Assembly (NCBI GenBank): GCA_025210775.1
Contig: JAOARB010000010.1
Span: 39,502-103,501, forward strand
Source of the DNA: Prolixibacteraceae bacterium
GTDB taxonomy: Bacteria > Bacteroidota > Bacteroidia > Bacteroidales > Prolixibacteraceae
Reading direction: 5' to 3'
Length of the DNA stretch: 64,000 bases
The stretch's first letter is position 1. Each line of letters begins with the position of its first letter. This document shows positions 10,961 to 19,016 of the stretch, piece after piece. The position numbers and the translations under genes are program-made. Under the pieces are notes generated by a model that was not told where the DNA came from, did not search any database, and saw only the letters and a program-made list of their open reading frames with translations.

Positions 10961-11107
10961 GGTACTTCCTGCATGGTTTGTCCATGGTTGCTCCATGGTT
11001 CCTCCATCGAAAACCCCCAAATCGATGGACAAACCATGGACGAACCATGGACGAACCATGGACGAACCATGGAGGAACCATGGACAAACCCTTTATTTGA
11101 CCTATGG
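10961..11107 (+). repeat. CCATGG-phased palindromic interspersed element, copy 1
   Basis: Left arm has 3 units of GGTTNNTCCAT. Centre is CGAAAACCCCCAAATCG. Right arm has 6 units of ATGGANNAACC with an 11-bp period. Flanks AGGTACTTCC and CCCTTTATTTGACCTATG are shared with copy 3. Confidence 0.85.
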
Positions 11108-11568
11108 AAATCTTCACTGAAAAAGGTATAAAAATGGGAATATCAAGATTCTTGTAAATCAGAAATCAAGCAAGAAATGGATTCTAGATAAAATTCCAAG
11201 AGGGCGGATCTATTGGTTTACTCCTGTCCTTTGAATAGAGTGATTTTCGTATTCTTAGGGAAGAGATGAGGCAATGTAAGAAGGCCATTCCTGTTATTGA
11301 GGAGCAAACAATGAGAGACGATCGACCAAAAGAATCGAAGAAGAAAAATAATATTAAATGATTTTCTCTGTTATTACTATAAGAGCTAAGAAATGGTAAG
11401 GGAAAGCAAAAGATCTTATGGAAATAGGACATTGCAAATAAGGGAAATAGAAACATCAACAATTCATAAATTCTTTTTTACCAGAAACGATTCTCTTTTA
11501 ACTTTCGTAGACTCTTTGTAAATTTATCAAAAATTAAATTTTAAGTTCCATCTAATTATATTGGCACT

Positions 11569-12678
11569 ATGCAAAAAATAATAACCCTGTTTACGGCAAT
11601 GATTTTTTCTTTTTCACTACTAGCACAGGAAGCAAGAAATATACATGGAGTTGTAATCAATGCAGAGACACAAGAACCTATTCCATACGCTAATCTTGGA
11701 ATAGAAGGTACTTTTGTAGGAGGTGCTAGTGATGAAAATGGAGAATTCAATTTCAATGTAAACAAAGACTATTTTGGAAAAGAGATCACCGTTTCTGCCA
11801 TCGGTTATTTCAGCATAACCATACCATGGAATGCAACAAATAGCGAAGCTGCTTTAAAAGTAAAGCTTAAAGAGCAAACGTTCTCTATTGATGTTGTCGA
11901 TATTCAGGCTCAATCATTGGTCCTTTATCGCATTCTTAAAGTTGCAGGAAAGAACATGCATAAATATTATATCAACGAACCTTATAGCATGTCGGCCCAT
12001 TATGAATTTCAGAACAACTCTCAAACTACAATAAGTCATCAAACATCGGTATCCTATACCGACAATAAAGGGTATCAACCTCTAGCTGATTCGGTGTTGT
12101 TTAAAAACTATGGTTATTCTATCTCTAGTGTAAAAGCGAACAAAAAAGAGGATCCTTCTCTTAACAATCATGCTGTATATATCAACGATCTTTTGAAACT
12201 CGATCTTGGCAAATGGAACAGAGGAATCTTTAATCCTAACCTTCTAAGAGACTTTAAACTTTCTAAGAGTGACGAACAAACAACAGATGGGCAAAAAACT
12301 ATTATTGTAGATTATGAGTTAATGAACCCATCTTTTGAAATCACATTCGATCCTTATACAACCGAATATAAGGGAAGAGTTTATATCAATATGGAAGATA
12401 CGACAATTGTCAAAAATGAGGTATGGGCACAAGCTTCTAACTTCTCGTCTTTATCGTATAATCATTTTACGAAAAGATCGACAAAGAAGCCGAATCACTA
12501 TTATATCTCTAGCACCTATCATAAAACAGGAGATAAATACTTTCTTGAGTCGATACAATTCTCTCGACAAACAGACGAAGAGACTCCTGCGACAACCAAA
12601 GCTAACCTACATGTAACACAGGTATCTAAGGGAATCAAAAGACCTATCAACAATAAAGTATTTTATTGGTGGAAATAA
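11569..12678 (+). CDS. carboxypeptidase-regulatory-like domain protein (secreted)
   Basis: 369 aa. Signal peptide, then IHGVVINAETQEPIPYANLGIEGTFVGGASDENGEFNF, typical of CarboxypepD_reg-like domains. Confidence 0.75.
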   Translation: MQKIITLFTAMIFSFSLLAQEARNIHGVVINAETQEPIPYANLGIEGTFVGGASDENGEFNFNVNKDYFGKEITVSAIGYFSITIPWNATNSEAALKVKLKEQTFSIDVVDIQAQSLVLYRILKVAGKNMHKYYINEPYSMSAHYEFQNNSQTTISHQTSVSYTDNKGYQPLADSVLFKNYGYSISSVKANKKEDPSLNNHAVYINDLLKLDLGKWNRGIFNPNLLRDFKLSKSDEQTTDGQKTIIVDYELMNPSFEITFDPYTTEYKGRVYINMEDTTIVKNEVWAQASNFSSLSYNHFTKRSTKKPNHYYISSTYHKTGDKYFLESIQFSRQTDEETPATTKANLHVTQVSKGIKRPINNKVFYWWK

Positions 12679-12761
12679 ATGCTAAGAGAAACGATATTTG
12701 CATATAACAACAAAAAAGCTTCTTTGTTAATATAACATAATACATCATTAAAAATGTTTAC

Positions 12762-12769
12762 TATATTTG
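12762..12769 (+). promoter_or_regulatory. candidate -7 box TATATTTG
   Basis: 35 nt upstream of the ATG at 12804. Confidence 0.35.
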
Positions 12770-12803
12770 TGATTGAATTATCATCACCAAGAAGCTGCCA
12801 TTC

Positions 12804-13565
12804 ATGATTAATAATATTGCCACACGATATATAGTCCTCCTATTACTCGCTGTAATAGGAGTTTCTTGTCGCACCAATTACAGTCAAACGAAGAACAAGA
12901 CTCCTAAATTCTCGAGAGTCAAATCTCAGCATGTAAAACATACCAATAAAAGAGGAACAGTAGAGACCAATACAAAAAGAATCTACAACAAAGAAGGTAA
13001 ATTGACTCGTGCAAACACCTATGATCTGCAGGATTCATTGATATACTACAAACTTTACTACTACAATGTCAACGGACAGATACAAGATATCATAACCTAC
13101 TCAAGGAATTGTGTGAATAAAAAACTATATGTGGTTGAAAAGATGATCCTCTTTGAATACAACGAGAAACAGCAACAGATAGAAAAGATTGTTACAGGTA
13201 TTGATAATAGCCAGAACAAAAATATTCGATACTATTACAACGATTTAGGGCAATTGTCCAAAGCTAAGATATACCACAAAAACATTTTAGGTAGAATCGT
13301 CTCCTTTAACTACAATAAAGATGGGCTTTTAACGACCAAATTAACGCATTGTGTGGCCTCTAACCATAGATATAGAACAGAGTATTCATACATCACAGGA
13401 ACGCTCACAAATGAAACCACATACAATAAAAGAGGTAAGATTATCTCTTGCAAGAACCTGTACTATAATACGATCAACGAAAAGATTCTTGAAGAGGAAC
13501 ACTTCTATTGTACAAAAAGAAAAGGAACCATTACAAGACATTTTAATTACGAAGTAACAAGATAG
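12804..13565 (+). CDS. lipoprotein with short YD-like repeats, function unknown
   Basis: 253 aa. Lipobox IGVSC. Repeated Y-x-Y-N-x-x-G-x-L/I segments (YYYNVNGQIQDI, YYYNDLGQLSKA, FNYNKDGLLTT). Confidence 0.6.
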   Translation: MINNIATRYIVLLLLAVIGVSCRTNYSQTKNKTPKFSRVKSQHVKHTNKRGTVETNTKRIYNKEGKLTRANTYDLQDSLIYYKLYYYNVNGQIQDIITYSRNCVNKKLYVVEKMILFEYNEKQQQIEKIVTGIDNSQNKNIRYYYNDLGQLSKAKIYHKNILGRIVSFNYNKDGLLTTKLTHCVASNHRYRTEYSYITGTLTNETTYNKRGKIISCKNLYYNTINEKILEEEHFYCTKRKGTITRHFNYEVTR

Positions 13566-13730
13566 CCTACCCTTACTTCATTGTCCCCAAGAAATCTTAT
13601 ATAGGTTCTAAAGAGACCTCCTCTTTTTGAATCAATGGCTATATATCTTTTTGTGTAACAAATAGAAGACTACCGATACTAATATATTGTAGATAATTAA
13701 GATTACTATTAACATTAAAACCAATATAAG

Positions 13731-14228
13731 ATGAAAAAATTACTATTTGTACTATGCACAGTCTTACTTATTTCTTCATGTAGTAAGAAAGAGAACAACG
13801 ACCAAACTGATCCTTTACGTGGAGTTGCTACTTTTACAGTGAACAATGTGGATAAATCATTCACTAAAGCCAATAATTTTAACGAAGGAGTTCTTGCTCT
13901 TGCGAACTCAAAAGAAGAGATGATTGCACTTTTCTTCCCAAAACCGACAGACAAAACAACCTTCCCTATCACCTACAATTTAGACTCAGAAGATCTTGTT
14001 ACAGCCACTTATACCCTAGGAGAAAAGACATATAATGCAACGAATGGAGTTCTAGGCATAGGCAAAATAGGACAGCTAGAGATTACCGTCACAAGTTATG
14101 ATGGGACAAGAATATCAGGTACTTTCATGTTGACATTAGTAAACAAAGACAAAAGTGACGATGTGATTAAAATTACCAAAGGTAAATTTGAGAAGATCCC
14201 AAATTTAATGGAAGCCATAAAGAACTAA
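13731..14228 (+). CDS. small lipoprotein, function unknown
   Basis: 165 aa. Lipobox LISSC. A terminator follows immediately. Confidence 0.6.
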   Translation: MKKLLFVLCTVLLISSCSKKENNDQTDPLRGVATFTVNNVDKSFTKANNFNEGVLALANSKEEMIALFFPKPTDKTTFPITYNLDSEDLVTATYTLGEKTYNATNGVLGIGKIGQLEITVTSYDGTRISGTFMLTLVNKDKSDDVIKITKGKFEKIPNLMEAIKN

Positions 14229-14237
14229 TAATTGAAA

Positions 14238-14277
14238 ATAGCAGCTCTTATTCAGAATAGAGAGCTGCTATTTTTTT
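14238..14277 (+). terminator. intrinsic terminator
   Basis: Stem ATAGCAGCTCT/AGAGCTGCTAT followed by TTTTTTT. Confidence 0.6.
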
Positions 14278-14295
14278 AATTGAATTTATTAGAAA

Positions 14296-14329
14296 CAAAA
14301 AAAGCTACTCAATATTGAGTAGCTTTTTT
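14296..14329 (-). terminator. intrinsic terminator downstream of tRNA-Gln copy 1 (symmetric, could act in both directions)
   Basis: Stem GCTACTCAA/TTGAGTAGC with an A-run and a T-run on either side. It starts 3 nt after the tRNA 3' end. Confidence 0.55.
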
Positions 14330-14332
14330 GCG

Positions 14333-14405
14333 TTGACCCACCAAGGCTCGAACTTGGACTCTTCTGAACCAAAATCAGATGTGTTGCCAATTACACCATA
14401 GGTCA
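14333..14405 (-). tRNA. tRNA-Gln (anticodon TTG), copy 1
   Basis: Hand-folded 73-nt cloverleaf. Acceptor TGACCTA/TGGGTCA with U1:A72. D stem GTGT/ACAC. Anticodon stem TCTGA/TCAGA with loop TT-TTG-GT. T arm CCAAG-TTCGAGC-CTTGG. No encoded CCA. Confidence 0.9.
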
Positions 14406-14440
14406 ATCTTTCAGTGAACGTCTCTTGTTTTAAGACGTTG

Positions 14441-14448
14441 CAAATATA
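14441..14448 (-). promoter_or_regulatory. candidate -7 box TATATTTG for tRNA-Gln copy 1
   Basis: Minus strand reads TATATTTG, about 35 nt upstream of the mature 5' end. Confidence 0.4.
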
Positions 14449-14541
14449 AAATCCTTTTTATTATTTTCAAAATTTTTTCTTTAAAAAGTTCCCATTAAAT
14501 GGGATCTAAATAAAAAATCAACAATAAGAAGAACTTTATTG

Positions 14542-14614
14542 TTGACCCACCAGGGCTCGAACCTGGACTCTTCTGAACCAAAATCAGATGTGTTGCCAAT
14601 TACACCATAGGTCA
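14542..14614 (-). tRNA. tRNA-Gln (anticodon TTG), copy 2
   Basis: Same cloverleaf as copy 1. The T stem is CCAGG/CCTGG instead of CCAAG/CTTGG, a compensatory pair change. Confidence 0.9.
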
Positions 14615-14646
14615 ATCTCTGTTTGTCTCTTTGTTTAAGACGGGTG

Positions 14647-14654
14647 CAAATGTA
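14647..14654 (-). promoter_or_regulatory. candidate -7 box TACATTTG for tRNA-Gln copy 2
   Basis: Minus strand reads TACATTTG, about 32 nt upstream of the mature 5' end. Confidence 0.4.
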
Positions 14655-14715
14655 CGTTCTTTTTTTTATTATGCAAACATTTCAGAAAAAAAGTAGCAGA
14701 AAAAAATCATAAAAC

Positions 14716-14723
14716 TATCTTTG
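14716..14723 (+). promoter_or_regulatory. candidate -7 box TATCTTTG
   Basis: 33 nt upstream of the ATG at 14756. Confidence 0.35.
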
Positions 14724-14755
14724 TATTTGCATCGTTCAAATAGAAATATCCAAAT

Positions 14756-17700
14756 ATGACGAAACATAGAAACACCCTAATTGGCTGGGGACTATTCACT
14801 TTATCATTTATTGTATACATGCTATCCTTAGCTAAAACAGTTAGTTTTTGGGATTGTGGAGAATTCCTCTCAGCTGCATACAAATTACAGATAGGACATC
14901 CTCCTGGAGCTCCTCTTTATTTAATGATCGCTAGAATATTTTCAGCATTTGCTCCCAACGCTAAGATTGCAACGATTTTAATTAACGCTGTTTCGGCTAT
15001 TGCAAGTGCTGCAACCGTCATGTTTCTATATTGGACCATTGTTCTGCTATTAAAACCAGTATACACCAAACAGAGATGGAATGAGAATTTGATCTCTATT
15101 GGAGCAGCCATAGGTGCACTGACCTTTGCTTTCACTGACAGCTTCTGGTTTTCGGCAGTAGAAGCGGAAGTGTATGCCCTCTCGTCATTCTTCACGGCAG
15201 TCGTATTTTGGGCTATCTTAAAATGGAGAGAAGAGACCGATTCTATATATTCGAGATGGATACTTTTAATTTTCTACCTGCTAGGCCTCTCTATTGGGGT
15301 ACATCTTTTAAATCTATTGGCAATACCAGCAATTGTGTTTGTCATTTACCATCACAAATGGAAAGTCAACAATAAGAACTCTCTTCTTGCACTAGGCGTC
15401 TCTGGTGCTCTAGTGGTAGCGATCAATTATGGGATCATACCTGGTATTCCATGGCTTATCTCACGACTAGAACTGATAGCCGTTAATAGTCTACATCTAC
15501 CACAACATACAGGTATCTTTCTATTCTTTGGAGCCTTTCTTATCTCATTGATTTTTCTTAATCGTTATAGCATATCTAGAGGGAAGCAACTACTTAATCT
15601 GATCACCAATAGTACGGCACTGCTTATCATTGGTTACGGTTGCTATGCGATGGTAGTGATTCGAACCAATTCCAATCCCCCGCTAAACGAGAATGCACCG
15701 AAAGACATGTTCCGTCTTCAAGAGTATCTGAATAGAGAGCAATATGGTGATCGTCCCCTTTTCTATGGAAATTACTATACAGCTCCAGTGGTAGGACAGA
15801 AATCGAAAGGAACGAAATATTTCTATGATCAAGGGAAATACAAGAAACAAAAAGGAGCGATGGCTCCCATCTATGATAAACGTTTTAATACGTTCTTTCC
15901 TCGCATGTATAGTTCAAGAGGACAACATCCTGAAGTCTATCAATCATGGACAGGAGAGAATGGAAGTTGGTTAAACACAAAAACAGGAGGTCTTAACCAA
16001 AAGATCTACAAGCCTAGTTTTGTCGATAATTTCACCTTTTTCACCACCTATCAGTTGGGGAACATGTATTTCCGTTACTTTATGTGGAACTTTGCCGGAA
16101 GGCAGAACGACAAACAAGGTTATGGAGATATTCTTAATGGCAACTGGATAAGTGGTATCAAGTCTTTAGATCATGTGATGGTGGGAGACAGTAGTAAACG
16201 TCCCGACTACCCAGAATCGAGAAAAGGAGAAAACACCTATCTTTTCTTACCTCTAATCTTAGGCCTTATAGGTTTGTATATACAGATGACCACCTCCAAT
16301 AAAGAGATGAAAGATTTCACCCCTTTGGTGCTTCTTTTTATCTCCACAGGGATAGCCATTGTCATCTATCTAAATCAAACACCAATACAGGCAAGAGAAA
16401 GGGATTATGCCTATGTCGGGTCTTTCTATACTTTTGCAATATGGATTGGACTTGGTGCATTCTATTTACTTAAAGGGATCACAAAGAAAAAGCAAAGTAC
16501 CATCTTGCTAGGAATATGTTCACTGATGCTTTTGGTTGCACTTCCGGGAAGAATGTTACAACAAAATTGGGACGATCATGATCGTTCTGACAGAATGCTT
16601 GCACAAAACCTGTCGTCTAATATCTTAACCCCATTAGAGAAAAATGGCATTCTTTTCACTTATGGGGATAACGATACTTTCCCTCTTTGGTATACGCAAG
16701 AGGTTAGAAACGAACGCACCGATATAAGGATATGCAATACGAGCCTTTTGTCTGCAAACTGGTATATAAAACAGATGCAGCAACAAAAGTATGACTCCCC
16801 TGCCCTACCTATCCATTTAAACAAAGGACAGAAAGTGGAGAACATTAGAGAATATATTCCTGTTTTGGATAACCTTAAAAAGCCTTTTGAGATCAAACAG
16901 CTAATCCTATTCTGGATAGGATCTAAAGACATTCGTACGAAGGTAAAAACACGATCAGGAGAAAAGATCGATTATATTCCATCTAAGACCATCGCTCTTC
17001 CAGTCACTAAAGAGGTCGTTAGAAGTGGATTTCTTAAAGGTCAATTAAAGAATAAAACCATTAAGGATACCCTCTTTATTCCTCTAAAAGGAAGTGGTAT
17101 ATTCAAAAGTGATCTGATGCTTCTAAATATGTTGGCACATTACCAATGGGATCGTCCTATCTCATTTGATCCCAGCGCCCTAGAAGGAATTCACATTGAC
17201 CTTACCGATTTTGTTCGATTTGATGGGCTTACTTATACTCTTATTCCTTATGAGTTTAAGAAAACAGAAGGGCTAATTGGGGAGATCAATACAGAGCGTT
17301 CGATGCAAACGCTTAAGGACTATCAATGGGAACAACTTGGAGACAAGAAGGTATTTTGGGATGAGACATCACTAAGAACATTGAAATCGGCAAAGGTGAA
17401 GAATGCTTATACCAATACTTTGGTGCAGATGTTAGCAGAGAAGGAGACAACAAAAGCAAAAGAACTGTTTTCTATATACGAAGGCTATGCTAGCTACACT
17501 CCTGGTTTTATCAACAAAGAGGATCTTCCTCTTGCGACACTGTTGCTTAAAAACAAGATGACTAAAGAAGGAGAAAAACTTCTATCTTCCATCTTTAACG
17601 AGGCCTATCAGTGGACCATATTCTACACCACGCTACCAGAGTATCTTGCCAACAGTTACAGTAGTCGTATTCAATCTCAAATCAGCATTCTGTCTCAATG

Positions 17701-17791
17701 TATTAAGATTTCGAAAGAGTCTGGATGTGATAAAGGATACCAACAAAAGTTGGATGATCAATTAAAACATCTGATCCAACTACTGGAGTAA
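14756..17791 (+). CDS. DUF2723 (TMEM260-like, GT-C-fold) membrane protein, paralog A
   Basis: 1011 aa. Hallmark N-terminus SFWDCGEFLSAAYKLQIGHPPGAPLY. Conserved blocks FWFSAVEAEVYA, GVHLLNLLAIPAI, REQYGDRPL, FPRMYSS, YFMWNFAGRQND, RERDYAY and GDNDTFPLWY. Confidence 0.85.
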   Translation: MTKHRNTLIGWGLFTLSFIVYMLSLAKTVSFWDCGEFLSAAYKLQIGHPPGAPLYLMIARIFSAFAPNAKIATILINAVSAIASAATVMFLYWTIVLLLKPVYTKQRWNENLISIGAAIGALTFAFTDSFWFSAVEAEVYALSSFFTAVVFWAILKWREETDSIYSRWILLIFYLLGLSIGVHLLNLLAIPAIVFVIYHHKWKVNNKNSLLALGVSGALVVAINYGIIPGIPWLISRLELIAVNSLHLPQHTGIFLFFGAFLISLIFLNRYSISRGKQLLNLITNSTALLIIGYGCYAMVVIRTNSNPPLNENAPKDMFRLQEYLNREQYGDRPLFYGNYYTAPVVGQKSKGTKYFYDQGKYKKQKGAMAPIYDKRFNTFFPRMYSSRGQHPEVYQSWTGENGSWLNTKTGGLNQKIYKPSFVDNFTFFTTYQLGNMYFRYFMWNFAGRQNDKQGYGDILNGNWISGIKSLDHVMVGDSSKRPDYPESRKGENTYLFLPLILGLIGLYIQMTTSNKEMKDFTPLVLLFISTGIAIVIYLNQTPIQARERDYAYVGSFYTFAIWIGLGAFYLLKGITKKKQSTILLGICSLMLLVALPGRMLQQNWDDHDRSDRMLAQNLSSNILTPLEKNGILFTYGDNDTFPLWYTQEVRNERTDIRICNTSLLSANWYIKQMQQQKYDSPALPIHLNKGQKVENIREYIPVLDNLKKPFEIKQLILFWIGSKDIRTKVKTRSGEKIDYIPSKTIALPVTKEVVRSGFLKGQLKNKTIKDTLFIPLKGSGIFKSDLMLLNMLAHYQWDRPISFDPSALEGIHIDLTDFVRFDGLTYTLIPYEFKKTEGLIGEINTERSMQTLKDYQWEQLGDKKVFWDETSLRTLKSAKVKNAYTNTLVQMLAEKETTKAKELFSIYEGYASYTPGFINKEDLPLATLLLKNKMTKEGEKLLSSIFNEAYQWTIFYTTLPEYLANSYSSRIQSQISILSQCIKISKESGCDKGYQQKLDDQLKHLIQLLE

Positions 17792-17826
17792 CCACAAGAA
17801 ACAAGAGAGAGAAAAGAATTAAAAAG

Positions 17827-17865
17827 AAAAACGGCTACCTCATGGAGAGATAGCCGTTTTTGTTT
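17827..17865. terminator. intrinsic terminator between convergent genes
   Basis: Stem AAAACGGCTA/TAGCCGTTTT with a 13-nt loop and a T-run. Confidence 0.5.
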
Positions 17866-17884
17866 CTCGTTAAGAGAAGAAACT

Positions 17885-18802
17885 CTATTTGGCTAATCTA
17901 CGATAGTAAGCGGCCGAATTTTTATTATTTAATCGTGCATATACATTTGAAATATATAGTGCTATTTTTTTCTCTTTCTTAACCTTATAGACAGATTTAA
18001 GCTTGCCTAACGCATAGCGATAGTTCTTACCACTTTGTTTTAACTGCTTTAGAAGCGTTGCGTAGTTCTTTCGTGTCTTGTTTCGGTTATAGGTTGCCAT
18101 CGATCTCTTGTAGTGATCTTCTGCCCTATTATATGCATCTAGCGCCAAAGTACGTTTGGCATCATAATCATTAGGAGAAAGCTTTATTACCTTTTTAGCA
18201 GTGACTATAGCCTCTTTGTCTTTCCCTAGCTTGTTGTTTAAAGTTAAATAGCCTTGTAGTCCCTCTAAAGATTGACGAAAAGAATCGCTTTGCTTACTCC
18301 ATAGAGAATCGGCTTTCTCATATAGCTCGGCTTCGATATTAATCAGAAAATACCTTTCTAACTTTGATTTTGCATATTCTGAATCCGAAGATTTCATTAA
18401 GTCGTTAAGAACCCTCATCTCTTTAGAAAGGTTATCTTCCGACTTATAAAGGTCTGCCAAATTACTTAACATCTCATTGTCATAAGATCCTAAAGAGTAG
18501 GCCATACCGAGATACTTCATCGCCTTATCGCTGTCTTTTAACTGAAAAGCAGACTTACCAGCCATCAAATAAGTTTCGATAGGTACCTCTTTCCCATCCT
18601 TGCCCTGCAAAGCAAGTAAAGCCTCTGCTGCGGAAAGAGATTCGGCATAATTCCCAGCGGTATAGGACGAACTATAACTCTTCTGAAGTCCCTGAATAGG
18701 AGAACATTGTATTAAAGAAAATACCATCATTATGGATACACTCCACAATAAGAATAGTCTATTGTTTATAATGTTTTTCATCGTTTCATTTTTACTTTGC
18801 AT
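17885..18802 (-). CDS. TPR-like lipoprotein, function unknown
   Basis: 305 aa. Signal/lipobox SLIQC. Helical repeats rich in A/L/Y/K (e.g. AMKYLGMAYSLG, LADLYKSEDN). Confidence 0.6.
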   Translation of the reverse strand: MQSKNETMKNIINNRLFLLWSVSIMMVFSLIQCSPIQGLQKSYSSSYTAGNYAESLSAAEALLALQGKDGKEVPIETYLMAGKSAFQLKDSDKAMKYLGMAYSLGSYDNEMLSNLADLYKSEDNLSKEMRVLNDLMKSSDSEYAKSKLERYFLINIEAELYEKADSLWSKQSDSFRQSLEGLQGYLTLNNKLGKDKEAIVTAKKVIKLSPNDYDAKRTLALDAYNRAEDHYKRSMATYNRNKTRKNYATLLKQLKQSGKNYRYALGKLKSVYKVKKEKKIALYISNVYARLNNKNSAAYYRRLAK

Positions 18803-19016
18803 TGTTGCAAATCAACTTAGAAAAATGGGATATACAAAACATTCGTAAAAAGATTATAGAAAAAAAACTCTTTTTGAGATGATTAGACATAGAAGTCGAT
18901 TTTTTAAAACACGTTCATCAATAAATTTTTTTATTTTCGTGGTGGCATAGTTTCCTAATGTTGGAGACACCTAAATCTTTGTATATTAAAATTCCATCAT
19001 ACTTTATTGAAATAAA

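Noticed and set aside
10812-11120. Track ORFs across the CCATGG elements (10812-11120 +, 61219-61500 -, 61325-61513 +, 61419-61610 +), which encode PWTNHG/MVPPWF-type peptides.
   Set aside because: They are translations of an 11-bp tandem or palindromic repeat. The ORFs open in several frames and on both strands over the same DNA, with no start context. They are treated as non-coding repeats.
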